From Fimicolochytrium jonesii (Eukaryota), in assembly GCF_025526975.1 (NCBI RefSeq), contig NW_026515679.1, positions 310,001 to 374,000 of the forward strand: a stretch of DNA of 64,000 bases, in the 5' to 3' direction. The notes beneath the pieces are model-generated. The model was not told the DNA's origin and ran no database searches. It saw nothing but the letters and a program-made list of their open reading frames with translations. Each line of letters starts with the position of its first letter. Position 1 is the stretch's first letter. Both the position numbers and the translations under genes were made by a program. Positions 37,755 to 47,147 of this stretch are shown in pieces.

Positions 37755-38762
37755 CTATTCCTCCTTCGAGCCTATGTTTGCCTTGATCTGCCCAATCATT
37801 CCGATGAGCATGGTATCAATCACCCATTCCGGTAGAGCTTCGAAGATGCGCATCTGAAGAGCATGCCAGAAGTATGGTGCAACAATCTTTCGCGTGGTCG
37901 TCACTTTCAATGCTGATCTGGCGAAAACTCTGGACGTTGGCGACGTGATGCTGACACTCACTTTGTTGGAGCCGGAATTGACAGATCCAACGAGCAGGTG
38001 CTGAACCTGAATCTTATGCTCCAACATTTTCATTTCCACCGAAAGCCCTCGGGACCAGGCCTTGTTGTAAGCCTTCGTGCCGGAATACACGGTCATGAAG
38101 GGGAACCCGTGATCACCAGCCATGCTGCCGACGTTCAAGATGAGAGAAGGTGAGTTGCTGACAAGCGTAGGCAAAAGCTGCTTGGTGAGGAGCGTAGGAT
38201 AAACATCGTTGATGTTGATAACATCGACGATATCTTGATCCTCGAGCTCTGTCAAGTTCGCAAGCTTGGCCGTCGAGCGACCGACATTGTTGACAAGAAC
38301 CGTCACCGGCTTCGACCCGATGAGCCTGACCAGATGACTAAAATCCTGGGTCGTTTTCTCCTGGATTTTGGACGCATCGGAAACGTAGGTGGCGGTCTGG
38401 CAATCGGCAGCCACCGCTCTCAGTTCCTTTTCGAGGTTTGCAAGCTTGTCAGGGTTGCGGCCGATGAGGATCAAGTTGAACCCCTGGGCCGCAAGCTCGA
38501 GTGCGAAGCCCTTACCGATGCCGTCCGTGCTGCCAGTGACGACCGCCCAAGGCTTCTCCTTGTTCGACTGGTTTTGCAGAGTGTGCTTGAACTTGTTGAG
38601 ACGGGACGGGAGAAGGTAAGGCGTCAGGAACTCTATGGTCTTCCTGGTGAACTGGGCCAGCGTCAGCATGCCGAGCAATGTGACTCCCCATTTTGTGAAG
38701 GCCGGGTCGGTGAGCGGCGGGCGCGATGTCAAGAACTCTGCGACAGACTTGGTGATCTCCAT
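37755..38762 (-). CDS. Short-chain dehydrogenase, very-long-chain 3-ketoacyl-CoA reductase (HSD17B12/Ifa38)-like
   Basis: WAVVTGSTDGIGKGFALELA, LVNNVG, NVGS, YSGTKAY; N-terminal TM; intronless. Confidence 0.88.
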   Translation of the reverse strand: MEITKSVAEFLTSRPPLTDPAFTKWGVTLLGMLTLAQFTRKTIEFLTPYLLPSRLNKFKHTLQNQSNKEKPWAVVTGSTDGIGKGFALELAAQGFNLILIGRNPDKLANLEKELRAVAADCQTATYVSDASKIQEKTTQDFSHLVRLIGSKPVTVLVNNVGRSTAKLANLTELEDQDIVDVININDVYPTLLTKQLLPTLVSNSPSLILNVGSMAGDHGFPFMTVYSGTKAYNKAWSRGLSVEMKMLEHKIQVQHLLVGSVNSGSNKVSVSITSPTSRVFARSALKVTTTRKIVAPYFWHALQMRIFEALPEWVIDTMLIGMIGQIKANIGSKEE

Positions 38763-39304
38763 CTTGATGGCTGTCTAGGAGTTTAAAACTTGGTTCTCCG
38801 AGGGTGGAAAAGATCGGCTAATGACCTAGCTCGAAGGTCGTCCTAATTAGGCTGTCGAGAAATAAGGCTGACTCTCTCTCTCTGTCTATCTGAAGTTTGA
38901 ACGCTGACGCCCACAAACTTTTGTGTGCCAACGGTGCACGAAACAATTTGAAAGGCACAAAAAATTGTGACTCTAATTTTACCCGCCCTTCGCATGCCCG
39001 CAGCCCAATCGTGTGTGTTTGCTCTCATGTGCGGAAACCGTACAAAGGAGTGGGATGGGAGGCACGGGAATGTGTACGCGCGATAGTACGCGCGTCTCTC
39101 GCAGGTTCTATACACTCGTTCGCGGTGGTACCGCATGTCGCCCAGATGTCAATGGCTGCGAAGGGAGATGGCAGGCGGCAGGCGGGCAGTGGAGTGATGT
39201 GATGTGATGCATCGTCTTCAAGCCCGCCGTGGCCTTTTCGCTACCTTTTCGAGACTCTGCATACCATACAATCATGATGAGTTCTGGCACAGGGAGCATG
39301 AGCT

Positions 39305-40339
39305 TCATGCATCACACAAACTCACCTCATCCTCCGCCTCCACGATGGGAACCTTGACCGGGTTCGCCTTAACCTCCGCGTCCACCAGTCCGTCATCATC
39401 AAAGACAAGCACTCCCGATTTCCAACAACCCAGCCGAACTCCAATCTCGTTATTCCGTGCAAACTCGGCCTTGATGTCTTCCTCCGTCCCTCTCCAGCCG
39501 CGATACTCCTGCAGGTTTTGACGGCCCATGAGGCGCATGGATTTGACGCGGAGGTCGTTTGGTTGCTGTTTGTGAATGCCATAGGTGAGATTAGACTTTA
39601 GCCGGGGTTTCCAATGGAACGGAAAAATAGGAACTTACCCATGCTGGTAGTAATGCTTCCGAAATCTCTCGGAAATGTCCTATGCCATACTTTTCGATTC
39701 CCTTAACGAGTAATGCCCTATCGCTCTCAGTCCATTTTTTGACTTCCTCCCCCATCAACTTGGTTCCTCTCGGCGGGCGGAAGTATCTGCATCAGAGTAA
39801 AGACCGTCAGCAGGCTGCTTCAACAACGATGTGATCCGGACATGCACTCACTCTTGGTTCAGCGTTCCATCGCGATGGATAATGGTCTTCGTAACCTCGA
39901 AGTCTTTCCGCACGCAGAACTGAAGTCGCATCTTCTTCACCCACTCCTGCTTCTCCCTCCGAGCGGGATCCCCTTCCTTTGGTTGCGATTGTGGTTGACC
40001 AGCCTCGCCTGGTCCATCCTTCGACTCTGTGTGCTCCGTTTCGGCCGGCGGACTGGATGATCCCTCAGGACTCGGTGTCTCTTCCCTCTCAGCCAAAAGG
40101 TCATCCGCGCCATCGATCACATCCTCCTCCCTTTCCCCGTCATCCTCAAAGCCGTCAAGGTCCTCTCCTAACAGCTCTCTGATACGTGCGCTGGTGGGAG
40201 AGAATGCCGGTAGCTCTCCTTCGGCTTGCTCCAAACTATCGCTGCTCGGCCGAGGAGGGGAGGAGAGCCCGTCTGCTCGGGTATCGTCGGAGAAGAAGTC
40301 GCTAGTGTTCAGCTCGTCGATGAGCATATTCTTGGTCAT
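39305..40339 (-). CDS. Myb/SANT-like domain protein (3 exons)
   Basis: Middle exon (minus, ~39640-39790) reads KKWTESDRALLVKGIEKYGIGHFREISEALLPAW; then LRVKSMRLMGRQNLQEY; acidic N-terminus. Confidence 0.7.
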
Positions 40340-40742
40340 TTTGTTGATGGCCGTTTGGTAAATCATTTCTGGTGAAGGGAAGCTGCATACAAAAAGCTTA
40401 GCAACTTCACCAGAACGCGATTCCTGTCCGAAGGTTCGAACACCGAACGTGACGAAGAGCACTACCGCAAGGTGGAAGAGTAAAAACATCGAAGATATCC
40501 AAGGTGTATCAAAAAACTTAAGTATATACAAGCGAAAGAAAGAAGTCTATCTAAGAATGCAGCGACACCAGGCACAGATCCAGTCTCAGAGGACACTGCA
40601 AGTCAAAAAGCAGTACGCCAAAAAAAAATGAGGGTAGTCGACGGACACACGGTCGCAATACGCAAGAGAGTATCAAGTTCTTGGAGACTCCATCTAGTTC
40701 CTAATCGCCTAGAAGAAAGAAGGGGATACGTCGTGTGCATTC

Positions 40743-42785
40743 TCACTGTTGAGGGCCGCTGGCGTAAGTGTTCAAGAGGTGTTTCCTGAACTCAACCATC
40801 TCCGAGCTCAGCTTCCTCTCATGTTCTGCGTCCATGACGACGCCAACGGGGGTCTCGATTTGAGACAAGCGTCGGATGTTTGCGTCGGGAGGGCTGAAAA
40901 CCGGCGGGCGGTATCTGGGTAAGGAGGCGGTTTCGAGGCGGCCATTGTGCATGTAGGGACCCATAGAATCTGCAGACTGTCCGATGAGGGACGCGATGGT
41001 GGGCGATTTACTGCTGACATCGAATGTACGCATCACGTTTCCCATCGCGCGACCAAGGGACCCAAACTTCCCAGGCGCTTCTCGCTTCCCCGGGCGACGT
41101 GGGGAGGAGGGAGGGGATGGGTAAACGGTTGATGTGCGCTGGGATGGCGAAAGAGGGACGCCATTCGCGTCTTCCGACGTTGTGGGAGAGTTGTTTCCGG
41201 GTCCTGGTCGCATGGCTTTCGCTTTGTTGATCATGCGGTTGAGAGTTCCCCACCCGCTCTTTGACTCCTTCTCCCCATGGCCGTTGCGGAGCGGCTCGAA
41301 ACCTCGTTGGTCTAAATCTTCCCACACATCTTGCAATGGGATCATCCGCCCTCTGAAGCTGCTCGTGACCAGCATGGGAGCCCCAACAGACTCAATGGCG
41401 ACCTCAGACTTCGATGGGTGGTTATGATATGGCGTCACAAAGGAAGTGATGTTTGTTGGATCGCCGAATTGCCGACCTAGTGTGCTCGGGCGCGCCGTCG
41501 GGCGGGGTTCGGGGTTCAAGACGCCCATGACAGAGAGTCTACTTGGTGGTGGCCGGTTTGGTGGCGGGGGAAAGTTGAATGCCGTGCCGAACCGCGGTCC
41601 AGCGACTACTTGAGAAGCGTGCACATCGGAATTTTCAATCCTGATGGATGGAGCCATCGAAGAGCGGCGTGCTGGGGGTATGGGGTTCTGCACTTGCAAT
41701 TGAGCGGGGATTTGACTAGCAGAGTGAGGCGGATTTGAGTGGGGCGAATTGGACTGGGACGACGAGGAAGACTGGGGCGAGCTAAACTGGGGCGACTTGG
41801 TCCCTTCAGCTGACATGGCAATCGGACTCGCTGAAAGAAGGAGTGACGCAGTACGGCTCGGGGGCGTACGCCGTGCTCCAAATGCACTGACTGGGATCTC
41901 CTGCACGTGAGTGGTCGGAATCTTTCGACGAGGCGGAATGGCCAGCTTGGGAAGGCCACTTATCACATCGGCAGCTTCCGCAGGGGTTTCTGCCTCCTCT
42001 GGTTTTGCCACCTTCGGCGGTTTCGGCACTTCCGTTTTTGGTTCGTCGGGTTTCCCTCTGGAGACATCAGAACGTGGGCTGTTCACGAGACTACCGCTAG
42101 GCTTCGGCGAGTTGTCAGTTGTCCGCTTTGCAGGGAGATGAAACGTCTTCACCGTAATGGATTGAAAGGTTTTGGGTACTTTTGTCGATTCGGCAAAAGT
42201 TTCGGCCGTGGGGGGCAAGACATCCTTACGTGGTGGAGGCATTGGCGAACCGACAAGAGACTGGTATTCTTCATCCATCCGTTGTAGAATCATCGGAGGG
42301 AGAGCCGAGTTCTTTCGTTCCCTTGGCTTCACGGGAGCGACATACACACGAGAATGAGCCGCTGCATGCCATTGATCAGACTCGCTAGCGGTGGACCTCG
42401 TTCGGCGATGCGAAGGCGAGGATTCATTTCCGTCCCGGAGGGCTTCTCCTTTGGATGGTTCATCGGAGGAGCTTACTGCCTTTCCACCGTCATCAGGTTG
42501 AACTACATCCCCGTCGTCCAGATCATCGAATTTGTTTATTGCCGACTCCAGCTGTTCAAGGAGCTTCTGCTTTTCTGCTAGTTCCTGCATATTCTCAATC
42601 GAACGCTTCGACATTTCTTCAATAGCATCTTTCGACAACTCCGTTCGCTTCAACGTCCCTGCTGGTTCCTCCGACTTGGTGCTTCCGCTTGTAACCGCGG
42701 GAAGACTTGACCAGACCTCAATCAACTCCCGCTCAATATCGTCGAAGCGGGATTCAAGCGCCATGTTGTCCGCTGTATCGTGCAT
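40743..42785 (-). CDS. Hypothetical Pro/Ser-rich disordered protein with N-terminal coiled coil
   Basis: 680-aa uninterrupted ORF; no family recognised. Confidence 0.6.
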   Translation of the reverse strand: MHDTADNMALESRFDDIERELIEVWSSLPAVTSGSTKSEEPAGTLKRTELSKDAIEEMSKRSIENMQELAEKQKLLEQLESAINKFDDLDDGDVVQPDDGGKAVSSSDEPSKGEALRDGNESSPSHRRTRSTASESDQWHAAAHSRVYVAPVKPRERKNSALPPMILQRMDEEYQSLVGSPMPPPRKDVLPPTAETFAESTKVPKTFQSITVKTFHLPAKRTTDNSPKPSGSLVNSPRSDVSRGKPDEPKTEVPKPPKVAKPEEAETPAEAADVISGLPKLAIPPRRKIPTTHVQEIPVSAFGARRTPPSRTASLLLSASPIAMSAEGTKSPQFSSPQSSSSSQSNSPHSNPPHSASQIPAQLQVQNPIPPARRSSMAPSIRIENSDVHASQVVAGPRFGTAFNFPPPPNRPPPSRLSVMGVLNPEPRPTARPSTLGRQFGDPTNITSFVTPYHNHPSKSEVAIESVGAPMLVTSSFRGRMIPLQDVWEDLDQRGFEPLRNGHGEKESKSGWGTLNRMINKAKAMRPGPGNNSPTTSEDANGVPLSPSQRTSTVYPSPPSSPRRPGKREAPGKFGSLGRAMGNVMRTFDVSSKSPTIASLIGQSADSMGPYMHNGRLETASLPRYRPPVFSPPDANIRRLSQIETPVGVVMDAEHERKLSSEMVEFRKHLLNTYASGPQQ

Positions 42786-43618
42786 TCGCGTTTATCGGAA
42801 ATAGAAGTTTGGTGAACGAGAACGGCGTTTGACGCTCCGTGCCAGCCCTCGTCCGTCGCGCTCAGCTATACAACCGAAATGCTCTGTAGAATGCGCCCTG
42901 TAGAATGATGAATCGTCCACTCGAAATCCCTCGGGAGCGGAGGCTCAGAACGATCTTTGCGAGTATAAGGGCTTGCGAGACGCGGCTTGCTTTGCGGTTA
43001 GAAAGGGACGGCCGTTGCCAGCGAACGCCAGGTTTACCGAAAATAGTGATTTCCTTGGTGCTCAGCGGACGATCCCTCAGCTCCATATTCGAAGCGGCGT
43101 GGGAAAGGTTGTTTACTGGGTTCGCTTATCCGCCGTCACTCCTGGATGGTTTGTTTGAGTTTCGAGGAATCGAAGCCCAGCCCTTGAGAAATTTGCGACA
43201 AACATTAAATTAATTGACTGAGCCTTATTCCTTAGTTAAGTTGATGGCCGCTGCTGCGCTGCAAATCTCAACCCAGTTGTTACGTGTACTGCCTATTCGG
43301 AAATGACATGAACTATGTACATAGGTAGTAGTAAAGAACCCACTATGTACAATTAAGATTCTTTCACTGCTGAACGATGAATCACACTTCATATTTAAGG
43401 TCAGCCTCCACTATGATAATTGCGCATTGCCTGATGATATTTTCGATGCGCCTATCACATTACACTCCTTTCCTAGTATTGACGCATATTCCTCCCGCGA
43501 GCGCTTTTGCCGACTCGAAACTCCATAGTTGAATATTTGTTGAACTTCCCCAAGACTCTTGTTATACAGGGCGCTTTCCGAGGAATTTGACTAAGGATGG
43601 CATTTTCCGTTTCAATCC

Positions 43619-44737
43619 TCAGTATGGATATTGTTGGCTAGGGGCCATAGGGCAGATCAGGATGGCATATGGTCGGATGTCGCGTGGCAAAACGGGAAAC
43701 TGAGTCTGATTGCAATCGTAGTGGTACCCAAAGTGTGCCGTTGCGCCGGGTCTGACTCGGTTCTGCATGACCACGCGATACTGTTTCCCATTCACCTGAA
43801 AGAACCCTTTCTGGCTGTAGCCAAGGGTCACGTTGATGTCGGTGGTGCTCCAAACTTGAGGAGTGTTATACCCGTTCTTGGCGATGGAGGCAGCATTCCG
43901 GAACGCTGTCCTGGGATGGGATAGAAGTTGCGGGATCGATTAGGGACGTTTGAAATGCACCGACGTCGTCAGACTAAGCTCGTTCACATACCCGTGGAAA
44001 GTGACGAACCACTCGTTGGGGTGCGAGTGATTGCGCGGACCAGGCGTTCCGAGCCAATCATCGTCCTCGTACTTTCCTTTCACTTTCAGCCCAAATCTCA
44101 TCCAGCCCACCGGACGGGCGTAAGATCGCCCTCCTCGTGTGCAATCAGTGCCGGTGAGTTCCAAAGGATGGCTTTCGTCCCAGTGTCGGTCCCAGGCTGG
44201 ATCGAGAAGGCTTTTGGGCAAGAAAGATAGGAACGGAGTCGGATCGGGCAACGGTGCAATGCGAGCGAGGTGGGGCAGAGCATGCAAAGTCAACGGTTCA
44301 TGGTCGTGCAATTCCTTGCGATTGTGCACCAGGCGAATAAGCGTCTGGTGCTTCAACGTCGGGAGCTGATTCTTGATATTTTTTTTCAATTCCTTCACGG
44401 TGACATGCGCTTGCACGGAGACTGAGGAAGTCATTGGTTTAGTGTTTAGAACCTCGACAATTCAATCCGTTGTCGGTGCGTGCGACATACCTTCATGGAA
44501 CGTTGTTCCGGACTTGTAAAGAACTCGAACCGTCTCGATCATCTGAGGCCCAGAGGTAGGCACTGACTCCACTTGGCTAGCCGTAGTGATTGTAGCCTGC
44601 GTCGTTTCATTCAAGACTTCCGGAAGCTCTTCGGCTGCAGTGTCCGCGCTGATGGCAGTGACTGCGGTGTCTAAAACGCCAGCAACGGCAGTAGCGACCG
44701 AAGTGACAGCGGTGACCGTAGATTCTGCACCACCCAT
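43619..44737 (-). CDS. Ubiquitin-like domain + NEURL4-type ADP-ribosyltransferase-fold protein (3 exons)
   Basis: MGGAES start; spliced Ubl VRVLYKSGTTFHE|VSVQAHVTVKELKKNI...IRLVHNRKELHDHEPL; then RGGRSYARPVGWMRFGLKV...WLG...EWFVTFHG|TAFRNAASIAKNG...VWSTTDI...YRVVMQNRVRP...DIRPYAILI. Confidence 0.75.
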
Positions 44738-45683
44738 TTTCACTGCAGTGCAGTGTTTCAGTGTTCATCGAAGGAGGTTTGACTCCTTAAGCACAAGCTT
44801 ACCAGTCTTCTTCTTGCTAGCTTTCGATGTCTTCACCGACTTCTTCGAAGACCCAGACTTGCGAAGCTTGCTACTCTGAATACCCATTTTGGTCTTCCTG
44901 CTCGAACTCTTCTGTTGTTCCGTCGATGGTCGTGTTGCAAGTGGTAGACCCTTTGAAAGTCTCGTCGGATTACTTCTCAAGTTGTACGGGTGCGGTCTTG
45001 CTAGGTTGCTTCGGCTGCTCCTTTGGGCTGTGCTCGGGGCCGTTTCGTCCTTCCGGGCAATTGAATGAGACCGAGTCTGCATGCGGTAGGCTCTTCAGGG
45101 GTTTTGCCAGCGTGGTGAGAAATGAAGAGCCGGAGTTGAGCAGAGTTTACGGAATTGCTTTCAGGAAGTGTTTTTCTTGCATCGAAGTCCCGTAGAAAGT
45201 CGAGGGAACGGTTTCTGAGAAGCGAGCTGCACGCCTATAAGTCAGATGAAACCGAGGAAGTCCGCAAAGGACTCCAAGGCTGTTCTGGGAGCAGCATCTC
45301 CGCAGGGGACCGAAGTTTCTCGAGAGCTTTTATTCGTTCAATTACCCCCCCGGTTTATTTCCCACAGTGTGGAGATGGCCACTGTCAGACTCCAGGCGCG
45401 CTGTCGAATACTGTCATCTCGAGCGTTTGTAGCAAGTGCGCAAGGCGAAGAAGCGACACCCTGATGAACTCAGATGAGGTGTGCGGTCCGTGTGCCACAG
45501 GATATCTATGTGGTCAAGGTGGAGGAGGATGCTGCGAAGGGTGGCATTCAGATCTTTCATATCGCCCCTGTCCTCTTCCACAGGTCATCGTCAAAATGGT
45601 TGAATGAGTTGCGGGAATGGGTTTCAACTTTTTGCATTGCGGATGGATTACATCGCTTCAAGACAATCTAAGACTAGCTAGGA

Positions 45684-46745
45684 TTATCTATCCACATGCG
45701 CACGTGCAGTTCCTAAAGCACGGGGTCCATCAACCAATGCCATCATCGACTTACATCTCAGGCGCGACGCAAGAGCTCTTAACAATATGCCCTTCGCTTC
45801 TTTCACATCACGATCCATCACAATTCCACAGCCTGCACATCTAAATACTCTAGATCCTCCCAACCTTCTGTGAATGTGACCGCATCCACTGCATGTTTTG
45901 CTCGTATACGCCTCGGAAACCGATGTTATCACCGTTACTCCAACCTCTTCCGCTTTATTCAGCAATCGTTGGCGGAATCGAGCGTGGGCCCAAGTGAGCA
46001 TTTTCCGTACAGTCTTCTTGCCCAAACGACGACCGGGCCGTCGAATCGACATTCGTTGTGCGCTGAACTCAGGAAGGACAATGATGTCGAAGGTGCGCAC
46101 CAGCCAAATGACCGTTTTCTTGTGCACTTCATCGACCAGATTCTTGATTCGTTGAAGAACTCGGGCTTGAGCTCGCCGATGAGAGTTCCCCTTCCTAGCC
46201 GGTCTCACAGTGCACCCCCGTATACTATATAGTACATGGGGGTGCACTGTGAGAGCCGGCGCACGCGTCGTCTTGCCGATCAGCTTGTCTAGATCAATGC
46301 ACAGACGAAAGATTCGCTCGATGTCTCGATTGGCCACAATGCCAGAACCGAGGGTGGGTGTATACCAAGTTGCAAAGTTGACGACTCCAGGATCGATGGC
46401 TGCGATGGTGGGTTCGGCTTGGATTTCGCCGTCTTGTCCATCCATCTACCACCCACGAAAAGATCCATTGCCGCAATCTCTTGTGGGGAAGGGGCGGTCG
46501 ATGGACGGGACCATCCTTTTTTTCGATGATTGGGAGGTCCGGCAGCTGCAACCATGTCTGGGCTGTGGAGGAGTTGAAGGTAGAAACGCAGGGGTTCTCT
46601 CGACAATAATGTGCTCGAATGGTTATCGTTTGGCGGGGATCCTTTTTGGTGAGGAAGCTCAGACGATGGAGCGGACCACCACCTTGAATACGCTCTCTGT
46701 TCCTTCTTCATGAACGACCACTCCCTTGTCTTCCTTGACGCACGT
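45684..46745 (-). pseudogene. Fanzor2 / IS607-TnpB-like RNA-guided nuclease remnant (C-terminal RuvC + ZnF open; upstream part frameshifted and truncated)
   Basis: RuvC-I IAAIDPGVVNF (D 46392-46394), RIKNLVDEVHKK, RuvC-II IIVLPEF (E 46068-46070), WAHARFRQRL, VSEAYTSKTCSGCG...FRCAGCG...DRD (D 45807-45809); upstream fragments LSFLTKKDPRQTITI, LRFY and RLRQWIFSW lie in shifting frames. Confidence 0.88.
46203..46254. mobile_element. 52-bp miniature inverted-repeat element with 17-bp perfect TIRs and GCCGG target-site duplication
   Basis: TCTCACAGTGCACCCCC (46203-46219) / GGGGGTGCACTGTGAGA (46238-46254); GCCGG at 46198-46202 and 46255-46259. Confidence 0.85.
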
Positions 46746-47147
46746 ACCGCTAAATGAAGGATCTCTACTCGGCGAAAACCGGCCTCCCCCTTTTCTCAGG
46801 CTGTCACGGGGAATTTGTAGTCTTTATTTCCAAGCAACGGCGCTGATACCGCGCAACGAAATGGCGGGTCAGTTGAACGAGCGCGTTTCTGCGTTGTCTA
46901 CCGACGGCTCGGACACGGCAACCTACAGTACGTCAAGTTTACCCTGCGCGCATGTTTTCTGCCTGCTTATACAGTATATATAACGCCTCGGCCACAAGCG
47001 GACGCCTCTTCTCTTTCAAGCTCGACGCTCACTCCTGCTTCCAATCTTGGTACGTACGTTGAGCTGCAGGCATTTCGCTTGGAGCTACTCTGTCAACTCT
47101 CGCTCATATCTCTGCCTCTCCCAAAGCATAGAACACGCAGTGCAAAT

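Noticed and set aside
46206..46251. CACAGTG/CACTGTG inside the TIRs as a RAG RSS heptamer or Transib end
   Set aside because: The heptamer starts 3 bp inside the TSD-defined ends, no TSD flanks the CAC termini, and no nonamer is visible; the superfamily is left unassigned.
45684..46445. Fanzor ORF as an intact active nuclease
   Set aside because: The N-terminal recognition/wedge region is frameshifted and truncated, there is a 19-aa insertion, and the motif after RuvC-III is degenerate.
46745..47147. IS607 TnpA serine recombinase or element left end upstream of the Fanzor
   Set aside because: No recombinase motifs or terminal repeats seen; the region looks like the ACO1 promoter.
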